Shown here piece by piece: positions 46,301 to 54,646 of a stretch of 64,000 nucleotides of DNA. Source of the DNA: a virus. The position numbers were made by a program, and so were the translations under genes. The stretch's first letter is position 1. Each line of letters begins with the position of its first letter. The stretch lies in the IMG/VR virus record IMGVR_UViG_3300046817_000765; one strand, written 5' to 3'. Under the pieces are notes generated by a model. The model searched no databases. It had not been told where the DNA came from and worked only from the letters and a program-made list of their open reading frames with translations.

Positions 46301-47185
46301 GGCGAGGCCATCGATCTCCGCGCCGGCCTGGGCCACCACGGCACCGCGCGCCACGAGCCCGCCCGCGCCGTCGATCTCGGCGGCGGCGTCGAAGGTCTGG
46401 TGAACCTGGGTGCCGTCCCCCCGGACGCCGCCCACGCCCGCGATCCGGGCCGCCGCGTTGAAGGTCGAGGAGCCGACACCGGATGGGACGAAGCCGGTCG
46501 CGTTCAGGGTGCGGATCGGCGCGCGGGCCAGATCGCCCTTTTCCCACTGCAACAGCCCGATCGCGATGGTCACGTCCACCGGCGTTATCATCGGGTTGAT
46601 CAGCGAGAACGAAACCACCAGCGTGGCTATCGCCACATCAAGCTCGGCGAACGTCGTCGTGAGCGAGAAGCGCTGCGTGTCCAGCGGCGCGGTGGTCGGG
46701 ACAAAGGCCGCGGAGCGGCCGGCGCTGACGATATTCGACTGATTGGCCCGGCCGCCGTTGATGCCGAAATTGACCGACGACATCCCGGCGAACGAGCCGG
46801 CCAGCAGCTTGAGATAACCGCTCATGGTCCAGGTCTGGCCCGGCACCGTCGCGGTGATGGGGTTGGCGCCGCCGCTGGGCACGAACCGCGCCGCGTTCTG
46901 CGTCGGTATCCCGACCAGGCGGACCGAGAAGTATTCGATCCCGTTCTCGACGCCCAGACCGACCGTGATGGAGTCGAAACCCTGCTGGTTGAACCAGTTG
47001 TAGCCGGCCGGCATGGCGCCGCCCGCGCCGATCACGCCGGGCACGGCGCCGCCGCCCATGTTGTTGCGGATTATGTTGAAGGGCTGGTTATCACCGCTCA
47101 CCGACCGCCCGGTCGCCCGCGCATACGGGGTGCCATCGGCCGCGCCGATACCGGCGGCGAAGCCGTCGCCACTGACGATCGGCAT
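43298..47185 (-). CDS. 1295-aa fibre/decoration protein: ARIxGxGxVxA repeats plus CBM-like domains
   Basis: Dozens of ~20-aa repeats separated by three globular-looking segments, two starting 'N.IRN...GA..G..G.GG.MP..W'. Confidence 0.75.
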   Translation of the reverse strand: MPIVSGDGFAAGIGAADGTPYARATGRSVSGDNQPFNIIRNNMGGGAVPGVIGAGGAMPAGYNWFNQQGFDSITVGLGVENGIEYFSVRLVGIPTQNAARFVPSGGANPITATVPGQTWTMSGYLKLLAGSFAGMSSVNFGINGGRANQSNIVSAGRSAAFVPTTAPLDTQRFSLTTTFAELDVAIATLVVSFSLINPMITPVDVTIAIGLLQWEKGDLARAPIRTLNATGFVPSGVGSSTFNAAARIAGVGGVRGDGTQVHQTFDAAAEIDGAGGLVARGAVVAQAGAEIDGLAGMLATANARLAALIQIDGLGSLAADTSDVVAASARIDGAGGVGTDGMVLAPVSARIDGAGNASAAARLIARTGAIIRGGEANRISTWPPTASAGNICVASTDVPPPRADDTQVFRHVKTPAGDAIAGIAWVFPGAGPFTPYTLRLSVWIPAGYGGSAVYLATGGAGMPYPAPNAAANLSLTDQWQSLSIEVPVPTAAFAVILQVFDTTSSPLYSSQWSAVPDTVMAAPTNFAAARIGGQGAVFADGVLLPKTVQASALIAGIGGTTNYIRNPLGEGATDGVFGSGGVMPTFWSQAQGTDLTRAMTGHGVDPVTGLPYIEVRLNGTPAGANQWVLNFEYAGALGVPIVPGETWSSSAYVWLTAGTNANVNFYIIQNYNTGSPAQVVTLFVPTATPTRVSVSATTPAGVGFIVARIQVSWFSAVPVDFTLRVASPQMERLPAPTAPIWPPAGSPGITTRALLAAPGVLVPLAARIDGVGSLATDTSGIEAGSAGIGGVGNVRASATVIAGAAAQINGVGTVRAAGATRQVASARIDGVGLIGADTLIQGQIGAGARIAGAGGVSLAVSAQVRSVRATVQGVGVVSIADPVQVRAAAGLIGGQGSVAASATVLAAGAAVIGGQGAVRATAAVAQPAGALIQGIGSATIDAGLRMVHALATIAGRGALRAIAAVAQPGGASIAGVGGVRSAAVVHVAWPAAARIDGTGAVQPRGPTVFAAGRVRIAGSGAVAASGEPQAPGAFRIGGVGHVGATVALSAAGAARVGGLGAVRAGVHVIAAESVRIDGRGGLAALGEQLRPVRVGASVIGGVGQVRAKAGPFLLAARARIAGLGGVRSAGGIAQPGAARIAGTGSVGADGIKAAHQATARIAGAGGLSARSERVVAASARIDGRGAVAALGRLAARVGAVIPGRGRVNAAAAELHQVRARIGGVGHLALDGEQTSHRHVAAVIGGAGRVQADAYVPRERVAALGVFLPPTPRGAAVPPQSGQDVTLPPTRREVVL

Positions 47186-47584
47186 CTAAGCGCGATCCCT
47201 GGCGCGCAGTATCCGGCGCCTGATTTCCTCCGGTTCGGCGGCGATGCTCACGCCCTCGCGCACCGCCTGGGTGACCGCGTGTTCCATCTCCTGGCGGATC
47301 GAGACGGCCTGGGCCGCCCGGCGCCGGGGTGCCAGCACGGCGATCCCCACCGCGTGGGCAATCGGGCCCTGGCGCTCGCGCATCCAGTGTTCGGAATACG
47401 CCCTGGCCGCCTCGGGCATCGCGGCGGACTGGACGCGGGCCATGTGCAGCGCGACCAGCGCCTCGTCATCCGTCGCCGGCTGCGGGAGGTGTGGGGAGAC
47501 GTGACGCCACAGCGCGCGGATGCCCTTGACGTCGAGGTCCAGCAGGCATTGGCGGAACAGCGCGCCGTGATCGGCGGCGGCCAT
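47186..47584 (-). CDS. hypothetical phage protein
   Basis: MAAADHG start coupled to the upstream stop. Confidence 0.65.
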   Translation of the reverse strand: MAAADHGALFRQCLLDLDVKGIRALWRHVSPHLPQPATDDEALVALHMARVQSAAMPEAARAYSEHWMRERQGPIAHAVGIAVLAPRRRAAQAVSIRQEMEHAVTQAVREGVSIAAEPEEIRRRILRARDRA

Positions 47585-48012
47585 CAGTCGAGCGTGATGG
47601 TCGTCGCGGTGGAAATGCGCGGCGTCACCCCGTTGCCGCAGACGATGTTCGGCGTCACCGTGCCGGACCAGAGATAGGGGGTGGCGCCGCCGCCGGTCTT
47701 GCCGCAGGAGAAGAACGTCACGGTCCCAGCGCCGCCCGTGCCGATCGGGAAGTCGATGTTGGCGACCGGGGAGACGACGCTGCCGGCGACCAGCCAGCCG
47801 GCCGTGGTCCGGTTCACGTTCATCCGTGCATAGGACGTGTATGCCACCTCGCTGAAGATCTGATTCCCGGCATCGGTCGGGTCGGCGGTGTGCAGCGCCA
47901 CGGAGATCTGGGTCTGCGGCACGGAGGCGGCGTTGTCGGCGTAGTTGGCCCACGCCGCCGCGTTGAAGATCAGCGCCAGGATGGCGGTCTCGGTGGCGTC
48001 GGAGATCGACAT
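47584..48012 (-). CDS. minor structural beta protein
   Basis: 'VALHTADP..AG....EV.Y..YAR...IDFP...TP'. Confidence 0.7.
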   Translation of the reverse strand: MSISDATETAILALIFNAAAWANYADNAASVPQTQISVALHTADPTDAGNQIFSEVAYTSYARMNVNRTTAGWLVAGSVVSPVANIDFPIGTGGAGTVTFFSCGKTGGGATPYLWSGTVTPNIVCGNGVTPRISTATTITLD

Positions 48013-48031
48013 CGGGCGGCGACCTGTCGGA

Positions 48032-48427
48032 TCAGGCCAGGGTGATGATCAGCGCGCCAGGAGCGAAGACCACGCTGTCACCAGCGTTCAGCGCCCGCGC
48101 GGTGGTCAGCGTGCCGTACCAGAGCATGTTGCCGCCGGTCGCCGCGGCGGTGTCCCAGACCTGAATCCCGCTCATCGTGGCCGAGGACAGGATCGGCCCG
48201 AAGGTCAGCGCCGAGGCGTTGGAGGCGCTGCCGGCCGGCGAGGCGGCCGCGGCCATCAGCAAGGTCTGCCGCGTGATGCCCGAGCCGGTCGCGATCTCGG
48301 AGCCGGAAACCGACGAGGGCACGCCGAGCGAGAGGCCCATCGACCACGCCACCGGGCGGTTCACCACCTGGGCGTTCAGCGAGAAATCGAGCAGCGCTTT
48401 CTCAAGGTAAGCGGCGATACCGGCCAT
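48032..48427 (-). CDS. minor structural beta protein, paralog
   Basis: 'YLEKALLD...EI..G.G..RQ...N...FGP...WD....GN.L.YG.L..AR'. Confidence 0.7.
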   Translation of the reverse strand: MAGIAAYLEKALLDFSLNAQVVNRPVAWSMGLSLGVPSSVSGSEIATGSGITRQTLLMAAAASPAGSASNASALTFGPILSSATMSGIQVWDTAAATGGNMLWYGTLTTARALNAGDSVVFAPGALIITLA

Positions 48428-48478
48428 GTGTCGGGTTCCTTCGGATTGGGAGGTGGTTGACGGGTCGAGCCGGTCTGG

Positions 48479-49582
48479 TCAGTCGGCCGCCGCTCGCGGC
48501 GGCTCGGCCTCGCGCGGGTCCAGGGAGATCAGTCGTTTCACCAGGCCGAGGACGATCGGGTCCATCAGTCGTTTCACCAGGCCGAGGACGGTCTCGTGGC
48601 TGATATCGGCGATGCAGGCCGCTGCGTTCGCTTTCTCGGCCTTTTTGCAAGTCGCGATGGTGTCGTGCAGTTGGTGGCACGGCCAGCACGGAACTCGTTT
48701 CGGATCGGCGTGCAGCGTGATCGTGTTGGTCCAGTGCTTCGTGATGTTCTCCGGGCTCGCGTGGCTCAGCAGCACGATCTTCGCCATCGCCTCCATCGCC
48801 ACGCCCCAGGCGAGCCCGGTATCGGGCGTGATCACCACGTCGCACTGCTGAAGGGTCGCCAGCGCGCGGCGGATCGGCCAGGGCGGCACCGCCGGATCGG
48901 ATGACATGGTCGCGTGCAGGCCATCGACGGAGCCGTTGAACTCTTTGACGAAGTCCTGCGTCTGGATCGCCATCGCCACGTCGGCCTCGGCGCCGAACAT
49001 CACGACGGAGACGGGCAGTTCACGGACCAGCTTCGCTGTAAGCAGAGGGAGATACGGCCATACTTTGTCGAGGCGAGAACCTGAGACAGCCACACCGACA
49101 ACATGACGGCGGCCACCAGCGCCACGAACCTTGTCCAGCGTCTGGCGGGCGTGCCGCGTTTCATCCTCGGTCGGAAAGAACCGTGGATTGAACTCATGGC
49201 GCACCTCGGCGATGTCGTGGACGAACTCTAAGTAGTTGCGGCCGCAAAACGCGCGTCGCCACGAGGCGGGCCAGTCGAATTGAGTCTGCCCCGGCACCAG
49301 CGCGAGCATCGTTTCACAACTGTGCGAGAGGTTGACCCAGCGGTCGTATTCGGCGCCGCGATGGCGGAAGAACGCCTGCCATTGGTTGCCGTCGCCGGGC
49401 AGATCGCCGGGCTCGCGCACGGTCAGTTTGGCGACGTGCGGATTGTTTTCGAATACGACGTGTTGCGGTCGTTGCGCCATCACCTCGACGTTGTGGGTCT
49501 CGGCGAGCAGCGGCAGGATCGAGGACGCGATCAGGTTGTCGCCGATCCCGCCCAGCCTCACCACAAGAGCCCAGGGTTTCAT
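48479..49582 (-). CDS. glycosyltransferase family 9 (heptosyltransferase-like)
   Basis: 'LVVRLGGIGD.L', 'ENNPHV', 'KVWPY', 'VITPDTGLAW.VA', 'CWPC'. Confidence 0.85.
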   Translation of the reverse strand: MKPWALVVRLGGIGDNLIASSILPLLAETHNVEVMAQRPQHVVFENNPHVAKLTVREPGDLPGDGNQWQAFFRHRGAEYDRWVNLSHSCETMLALVPGQTQFDWPASWRRAFCGRNYLEFVHDIAEVRHEFNPRFFPTEDETRHARQTLDKVRGAGGRRHVVGVAVSGSRLDKVWPYLPLLTAKLVRELPVSVVMFGAEADVAMAIQTQDFVKEFNGSVDGLHATMSSDPAVPPWPIRRALATLQQCDVVITPDTGLAWGVAMEAMAKIVLLSHASPENITKHWTNTITLHADPKRVPCWPCHQLHDTIATCKKAEKANAAACIADISHETVLGLVKRLMDPIVLGLVKRLISLDPREAEPPRAAAD

Positions 49583-49785
49583 CCGGGCCGCCTCGGCGCG
49601 TAGAGCGAGAGGCCTTCCCAGAACGCGCGGGAGGCCTCGGGCAAGGTCAGCCCGTCCGGGATCACCACCTCGCCGGTCGCCACGTTGATGCGCAGGCCGC
49701 ACGAAAACGTCAGCCAGTCCGTCACCGCGAGGGTGGGGTGGGCGTTGAAGACAGGCCCACGAACGATGAATGGATTATCGCTCAC
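49579..49785 (-). CDS. hypothetical protein
   Basis: Coupled; 'GEVVIPDGLTL.EASRAFWE'. Confidence 0.55.
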   Translation of the reverse strand: MSDNPFIVRGPVFNAHPTLAVTDWLTFSCGLRINVATGEVVIPDGLTLPEASRAFWEGLSLYAPRRPG

Positions 49786-49958
49786 CAGAGGCGGCCCAGG
49801 TGACCGCCGCCCTGCAGGACGACCACGAGCAGGAGCACCAGCAGCACCACGACCACGACGCTAAATCCGCCGGGGCCGTAATAATCGCGGCGCCAACCAT
49901 AAAACCCGCCGCCGCCGAGCAGCAGCACGAGCAGCAGCACGAGCAGGATCAGGTTCAT
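49782..49958 (-). CDS. 58-aa two-TM membrane protein (DUF3309-like; holin candidate)
   Basis: MNLILLVLLLVLLLGGGGFYGWRR...VVVVVLLVLLLVVVLQGG; absent from the ORF track in this frame. Confidence 0.65.
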   Translation of the reverse strand: MNLILLVLLLVLLLGGGGFYGWRRDYYGPGGFSVVVVVLLVLLLVVVLQGGGHLGRLW

Positions 49959-49970
49959 GTCGTCGGCCTC

Positions 49971-50591
49971 CTATCGCGTGGCCAGCTTCTTCGCGATCTC
50001 CCTGGCGGCGCCGACCGCGACGTTCTCGTTGCTGTCGTCGGTCTTGCCAGGCCATGCGAGATAAATGACGCCCACGAAACTCTCGGGATTTGGTGGGATC
50101 GGCACCGCGCACCCGCGTTTCATTCCGCGTTCGGCCAACCGCCTCGCCAATGGCGATCCGAGGGCGGACAGGTCCAGGCATACCGGGTGCCCCTCCATCA
50201 CGTCGATCAGCGCTTTGACATCCGAGGCCGTGACAATGATCGGTAGCCTGCGCGGGGACGGAATGACCGGGCGTTCACCGTCGTGCCGCCGCGCGCCCAG
50301 GAACCACTGCGAGTTGCTGGCCAGATCGACGGCCCAGATCTGAATCAGGTCGGCGTTCGTCTCGCTCGCCAGTTTCGTGAGCGCCTCGGGCACCTCGGCG
50401 GTCCGCAACGCGGGCGCGTCGGGCGTCAGCCACGCCTCGAATAACTCGGTGCGCTTGTCCCAGACGATCCAGCCGGCGAAGGCCAGCGCGGCGAGGCCGG
50501 CCAGGGCGAACGCCTTCCACGGGGTATCGACGAACCGCAGCAGCCGATCGAGGACGCCGTGCAGTCCGCCGGGGGCGCTCTGATCGTTCAT
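49971..50591 (-). CDS. single-TM protein with GAF-like C-terminus (holin/antiholin candidate)
   Basis: TM 'WKAFALAGLAALAFAGWIVW' then alpha/beta domain; near the endolysin. Confidence 0.55.
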   Translation of the reverse strand: MNDQSAPGGLHGVLDRLLRFVDTPWKAFALAGLAALAFAGWIVWDKRTELFEAWLTPDAPALRTAEVPEALTKLASETNADLIQIWAVDLASNSQWFLGARRHDGERPVIPSPRRLPIIVTASDVKALIDVMEGHPVCLDLSALGSPLARRLAERGMKRGCAVPIPPNPESFVGVIYLAWPGKTDDSNENVAVGAAREIAKKLATR

Positions 50592-50616
50592 GAGCCACCC
50601 CCGGAGGTCGCGAGGC

Positions 50617-50859
50617 TTACGAGGCGCCGCCAGCGCCGCTGATGACCACCTCGCCAGGGCCGATGTGATGCACCCGCCCGGCCGGCGGGGCGCCCTCGAT
50701 CAGGGTCACCCGGCCCTCGTCCTGGGCCTGTGGCATCGGCGGGTCGGGCTGGGGCGGGTTGGGCGGCGGCGGCGGATCGGGCGGCGGGTCCACCGGCATG
50801 ATCGGCGGCGGCGGCGGCGGGGGATCGTCGGGGTTCGGGTTCGGGTCCGCGTCTGACAT
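50617..50859 (-). CDS. Pro-rich small protein
   Basis: In operon, RBS upstream. Confidence 0.45.
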   Translation of the reverse strand: MSDADPNPNPDDPPPPPPPIMPVDPPPDPPPPPNPPQPDPPMPQAQDEGRVTLIEGAPPAGRVHHIGPGEVVISGAGGAS

Positions 50860-50873
50860 CGTTGTTCCTCCTG

Positions 50874-51674
50874 TTACTCAAAGCCCTCGATCACCGGGCG
50901 CGACGAGCAATGGCAGTTGATTTCGAAGCCGGGCCACGTCCACTTGCCCTCGAGGAACGCGCCCTGCTCGACTTCATAGATCGGGCCTTTCGCACCAGGG
51001 CTGTGCCGCCCGTCGGAAAACGCCAGATGCTCGGGGCGGAAACGGCCGGGTGCCCGGATGTTGCTGTGCATCCAGACCGCGCGTTTTATTCCGGCCTGCG
51101 ACTGACGGGCCTTGGTGATCACCGAGTTCAATTTGAAGGTCTGGTCCCGCGCGATCAGCGTGGCGCGAGCTTTAGGCGCGCCGAACGTCTCGTGCAATTC
51201 CTTCGTCAGCGCCTCGAGGTCGTTGCCCTTCTGGACGTTGCGCATCACGACGCCCTCGATCCGTTGAAGGTGCTGCGCCGGGATCGATTTAATAAGCCCG
51301 ACATTCTCCACGATCGCCGAGTTCATGATTGTCTGGATTTGTGGGCTGACCTTGAAGTTGACCGTCCAGCCGGCGTCGTCGAGCAGGCGCTCCATCCGTT
51401 GCGTGGTGTGGTCCGCGGATCGGCCGGTGAACTGGCCGGCGATGTCGGGGGCCATCTCGTCGAAGTTGGACTGCCAGCGCCGGCCGAGTTCCTTCATCGT
51501 CGCCATGATCCGGCTGGCCCCGCGCGGCTCCTCTCGCCAGCGCCGCGACAGCCAGTAGTCGAGCGAATTGTTCATCGCGTCGACCGCGCGCCACAGCCGC
51601 GTGCGGTAGACCGCGCCGACCCCGGCGTTGGGATGCACCGGCGGCAGCACGCGGGGTCTGGGCGGGAGCGCCAT
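50874..51674 (-). CDS. head morphogenesis protein (Mu F/SPP1 gp7-like)
   Basis: 'ENVGLIKSIP...RATLIARDQ..K...W.HS...R..H...PGFEINCHC'. Confidence 0.9.
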   Translation of the reverse strand: MALPPRPRVLPPVHPNAGVGAVYRTRLWRAVDAMNNSLDYWLSRRWREEPRGASRIMATMKELGRRWQSNFDEMAPDIAGQFTGRSADHTTQRMERLLDDAGWTVNFKVSPQIQTIMNSAIVENVGLIKSIPAQHLQRIEGVVMRNVQKGNDLEALTKELHETFGAPKARATLIARDQTFKLNSVITKARQSQAGIKRAVWMHSNIRAPGRFRPEHLAFSDGRHSPGAKGPIYEVEQGAFLEGKWTWPGFEINCHCSSRPVIEGFE

Positions 51675-51680
51675 TGATCG

Positions 51681-52202
51681 TTACCCGACCGGGCGGTCGG
51701 CCCTGGACGCGGCCACGGCGGCCGTCGCGGCCCGGTAGTTCGCCGGCCACGCCTCGGGGTGCGGTTTGCCGGGCCGCCAGTTCCGCAGATAGTAATCCCA
51801 CATCGCGTCTTGCTGGCCGACGGCGGGCAGCGCGGCGGCGTCGGTGTAGAGCAGAAACCGCGCCATCGCGCAGCCGAGCCGATCGTTCCACGCCATCGCC
51901 TCGAAGACCGTCGCCCGGACATAAGGAATGTCGAGACCGGCGCACAGCTTCACGAGCATCGGCCGCGTGGTCGGGAAACCCATCACCCCCGCGACCCCGC
52001 CGCCGCTCTCGAATTGCCAATAGGATCTGGCGGGCCCGCCGATCTGGCGGCGCTCCTTGAAGCCGGACTCCTGACCGGCGATGGCGAGCAGCGCGACGCG
52101 GGCATCATCGCCGACCGACGGGCACGGGTCACCGGAGAGCGTCGCGCTCATGTAGGCCAGCGCGGGATCGACCACATCGCGCAGTAGATGATCGGGTGTC
52201 AT
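51681..52202 (-). CDS. endolysin (lysozyme-like fold)
   Basis: 'LLAIAGQESG...RRQIGGPARSYWQFE.GGGV...WDYYLRNWRPGKPHP'. Confidence 0.75.
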   Translation of the reverse strand: MTPDHLLRDVVDPALAYMSATLSGDPCPSVGDDARVALLAIAGQESGFKERRQIGGPARSYWQFESGGGVAGVMGFPTTRPMLVKLCAGLDIPYVRATVFEAMAWNDRLGCAMARFLLYTDAAALPAVGQQDAMWDYYLRNWRPGKPHPEAWPANYRAATAAVAASRADRPVG

Positions 52203-52529
52203 GAGCAAGGGTCTCCTGCTTCGCGGGCCAGCGTGCTATTCGCACGGTACGGGCCGGCGGGCGCGAGACCGCCGTGGCCCCAGGCGGGGGTCGACCTCCG
52301 ACGCCGTGGGTCGGCGGGCCGACCCCCGCCGCGCCGTTCACTTACTTTTCGGTCAGACCGGGCCGCTCGGACTCGCCAGGGTTGCGCGCCCTCGGATCGT
52401 GCAACTCGCCGGCTCGGCCGGGTCCGGGCCATACAGAACCCGAGGTCGCTTTCAAACCCTCGTTTGAACAGTAGGCCGGGCGATCCGGGGCGGTCTAACG
52501 TGCTAACAACCACCGAAAGGAGCCATGAA

Positions 52530-52724
52530 ATGACGCCCAGCGCGATCTACCGCCAACTTGTCCGGTTCGGTTGCCGGGCCTTGTCCACCCACGAGGACGA
52601 GGCGGCGCTGCTCGGCACGCCGATCAACCTCCTGCCGATGGACGACCTCGAGGCGTTCTTCGAGTTGGTGTTCGGGTTCAGCCCGCGGCGCCTCGCGCCA
52701 CCCGGGTACCGGACAGGCCGGTAA
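52530..52724 (+). CDS. small counter-oriented moron-like protein
   Basis: AGGAG RBS; opposite to the late operon. Confidence 0.55.
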   Translation: MTPSAIYRQLVRFGCRALSTHEDEAALLGTPINLLPMDDLEAFFELVFGFSPRRLAPPGYRTGR

Positions 52725-52768
52725 GAATTCGCGAGATGCAAGCCTCGGGCGTATTCGCCCGTCCTGGG

Positions 52769-53050
52769 TCAAGCACAGCGCCGCTTTGCCCATCTCAGCG
52801 CCGCCTCGGTCGCGTCCACCGCGATCACGGCCAGCACCACGTTCAGCGCGACCAGCCAGACGATCATCGCAGCAGCCACGCCAGCAGCAGGACCAGGGCG
52901 ACGATGAGGCACTCGACCCAGCGGCCGCGCGTGCGCCCCGGACCGGATCGGCCACGTCCGGGGTCTATCGTGCAGAACGACGGAGTTGGCTTCTCCGTCA
53001 GCCGATCCGGTAACCGGATGTCGATGATGTCGCGGTGCTCGGTCATTCAC
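52769..53050 (-). CDS. small membrane protein
   Basis: Hydrophobic C-terminal segment. Confidence 0.4.
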   Translation of the reverse strand: MNDRAPRHHRHPVTGSADGEANSVVLHDRPRTWPIRSGAHARPLGRVPHRRPGPAAGVAAAMIVWLVALNVVLAVIAVDATEAALRWAKRRCA

Positions 53051-53135
53051 CTATCCCAGCCATGCGGGCGAGGATCACGATCCAGCCCAACAGCGACCAC
53101 CCGAGATAAAATCCACGCCAGAAGTCGTCGCTCAT
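53043..53135 (-). CDS. 30-aa membrane peptide (superinfection-immunity-like)
   Basis: MSDDFWRGFYLGWSLLGWIVILARMAGIGE; resembles the 'LGWT.IGW' immunity motif. Confidence 0.4.
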   Translation of the reverse strand: MSDDFWRGFYLGWSLLGWIVILARMAGIGE

Positions 53136-53408
53136 CGCAGCCGCCAGCGCAGATCGAACGGCCCGAGCGACACGATCCACCGGAAGACCCAGGCTTGCGG
53201 CGCGCGGCGCGAGTGCCAGATGAAGCCGAACATCCAGCAGCCCCAGCCGTTCCAGTTCGCGTCGATCACCGCGTCAGGCTCCCCGCGATCAGGCCGATGC
53301 CCAGGAAGATCAGATCATCGAAATGGTAGGCCGGTGGCATGAAGGCCGTGGAGGCGATGCCGAGAACCGCCACGGCGAAGCCCAGGATCGCAATCGCGTC
53401 GCGGCGGG

Positions 53409-53651
53409 TCACCGGGCCAGCCTGACCTTGCCGAGCCGGAACCCGGACTCGACGGCCTGGTCCCAATCATCGAGGCCGAGAGCCTCGCAGAACAGCCGCA
53501 CCGGAGCGCCGATGTCCTTGCTGGCGGTGTCGATGAGCGGTCCCTCGTCGTGGTCGATGCACCAATACTCGTCCGGCGCCAGCGACTCGGCGGCGGCGGC
53601 GACCATCCATTGATACCTGATCCGCCCGCTCATGGTGCTAGACCGTGCCAC
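53409..53651 (-). CDS. hypothetical protein
   Basis: Part of coupled small-ORF run. Confidence 0.5.
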   Translation of the reverse strand: MARSSTMSGRIRYQWMVAAAAESLAPDEYWCIDHDEGPLIDTASKDIGAPVRLFCEALGLDDWDQAVESGFRLGKVRLAR

Positions 53652-53931
53652 CGCGACCGCGCCTGAGATCTTGCCGGATCGTCCTGGCGCGAGACCGCTC
53701 GGCCTGCTCGAACTCCTCGCGTACCTCGTCCGTGAGAGCGGCTCGCTCGGCGTCCGTCATCGGCACCCAGGCGAGACCGTGCCGGGCGTAGGGAGCGCCG
53801 CAGTTCAAGCACAGCGACAGGTCGCCCTCGGCCGGCGTGGCGCGGTGGCCAGGGTCAAACGGCGCGACGGCATTCGTCTCATAGCCACAGGCGAGGCACA
53901 GTCTTGGCGGCTCGCGCGTGACGTCGCTCAT
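53638..53931 (-). CDS. Zn-finger protein
   Basis: CLAC...CLNC; start MSDVT at 53931. Confidence 0.6.
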   Translation of the reverse strand: MSDVTREPPRLCLACGYETNAVAPFDPGHRATPAEGDLSLCLNCGAPYARHGLAWVPMTDAERAALTDEVREEFEQAERSRARTIRQDLRRGRGGTV

Positions 53932-54137
53932 TCCGGCGCGGCCTTCAGCGGCACGCCCAGCCGCCTGCGGGCCTCGGCGTGATGCTCGGGCGGGATGTTC
54001 CGCCTGATCCAGTCGCAAGAGGTGCACCGGGCGGGATCGTCCGGCGGGGACAGCGCGAGGCCGATGACGTGACGCCCGCAGTCGGCGCAGTCGAATTCGG
54101 TCCCGCTCAGGGTGCCGTCGGCGAACGTGTCGCTCAT
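53928..54137 (-). CDS. Zn-finger protein
   Basis: CADC...CTSC. Confidence 0.6.
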   Translation of the reverse strand: MSDTFADGTLSGTEFDCADCGRHVIGLALSPPDDPARCTSCDWIRRNIPPEHHAEARRRLGVPLKAAPE

Positions 54138-54346
54138 GACGTCGCCGCCCGGCTGTTGCGGTGCGTGCGCAGCCAGAAGATGGCCTGGTCGAAGTTGGTG
54201 CGCGCGGTGGACAGCGCCGACGTGGTCGGCCCCTGCTCGGCGCAGAACCGCATCACCAAGGTCCGCAGCCGGTCGATATCGTCCTCGCCCTGGCGGATGT
54301 CCTGCAGGCGGCGGCTGGCCGGATCGGCGGGGGCGGGATCGCTCAT
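54134..54346 (-). CDS. small helical hairpin protein (Acb2/Tad1-like)
   Basis: 'SALSTARTNFDQAIFWL'. Confidence 0.45.
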   Translation of the reverse strand: MSDPAPADPASRRLQDIRQGEDDIDRLRTLVMRFCAEQGPTTSALSTARTNFDQAIFWLRTHRNSRAATS

Positions 54347-54376
54347 GCGCGCGGGCTCCATGAGGGACGGGGTGGT

Positions 54377-54646
54377 TCAGTACGGCACGGTCGGGTCCGG
54401 CGGGTCAATGCCAAGCCGTTCGAAGAACTCCTCGTTGCCGTCATATCCCTCGTCGGTGTCCAGCGCGATCTCGAGCAGCTTCGTGGCCTCGACCGTACAG
54501 GAAAACGGGACCGCGATGGTCGACAGCGTGGGGCCGAAACGGTCCCTGTAGCGTTCGCGCGCCTCGCCCCAGGCGAGTATCTGTTCCGCCGTCGGATCGC
54601 CGGCCTCGACCTCGCCATCATCGTCCGCTTCATCAGCCACCGTCAC
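54377..54646 (-). CDS. acidic hypothetical protein
   Basis: Coupled to the portal stop. Confidence 0.55.
   Translation of the reverse strand: MTVADEADDDGEVEAGDPTAEQILAWGEARERYRDRFGPTLSTIAVPFSCTVEATKLLEIALDTDEGYDGNEEFFERLGIDPPDPTVPY

Noticed and set aside
52283-52330. Additional TIGR unit (same GGCGGGGG/CCCCCGCC stem)
   Set aside because: Loop lacks the CCA-N9-CG pattern.
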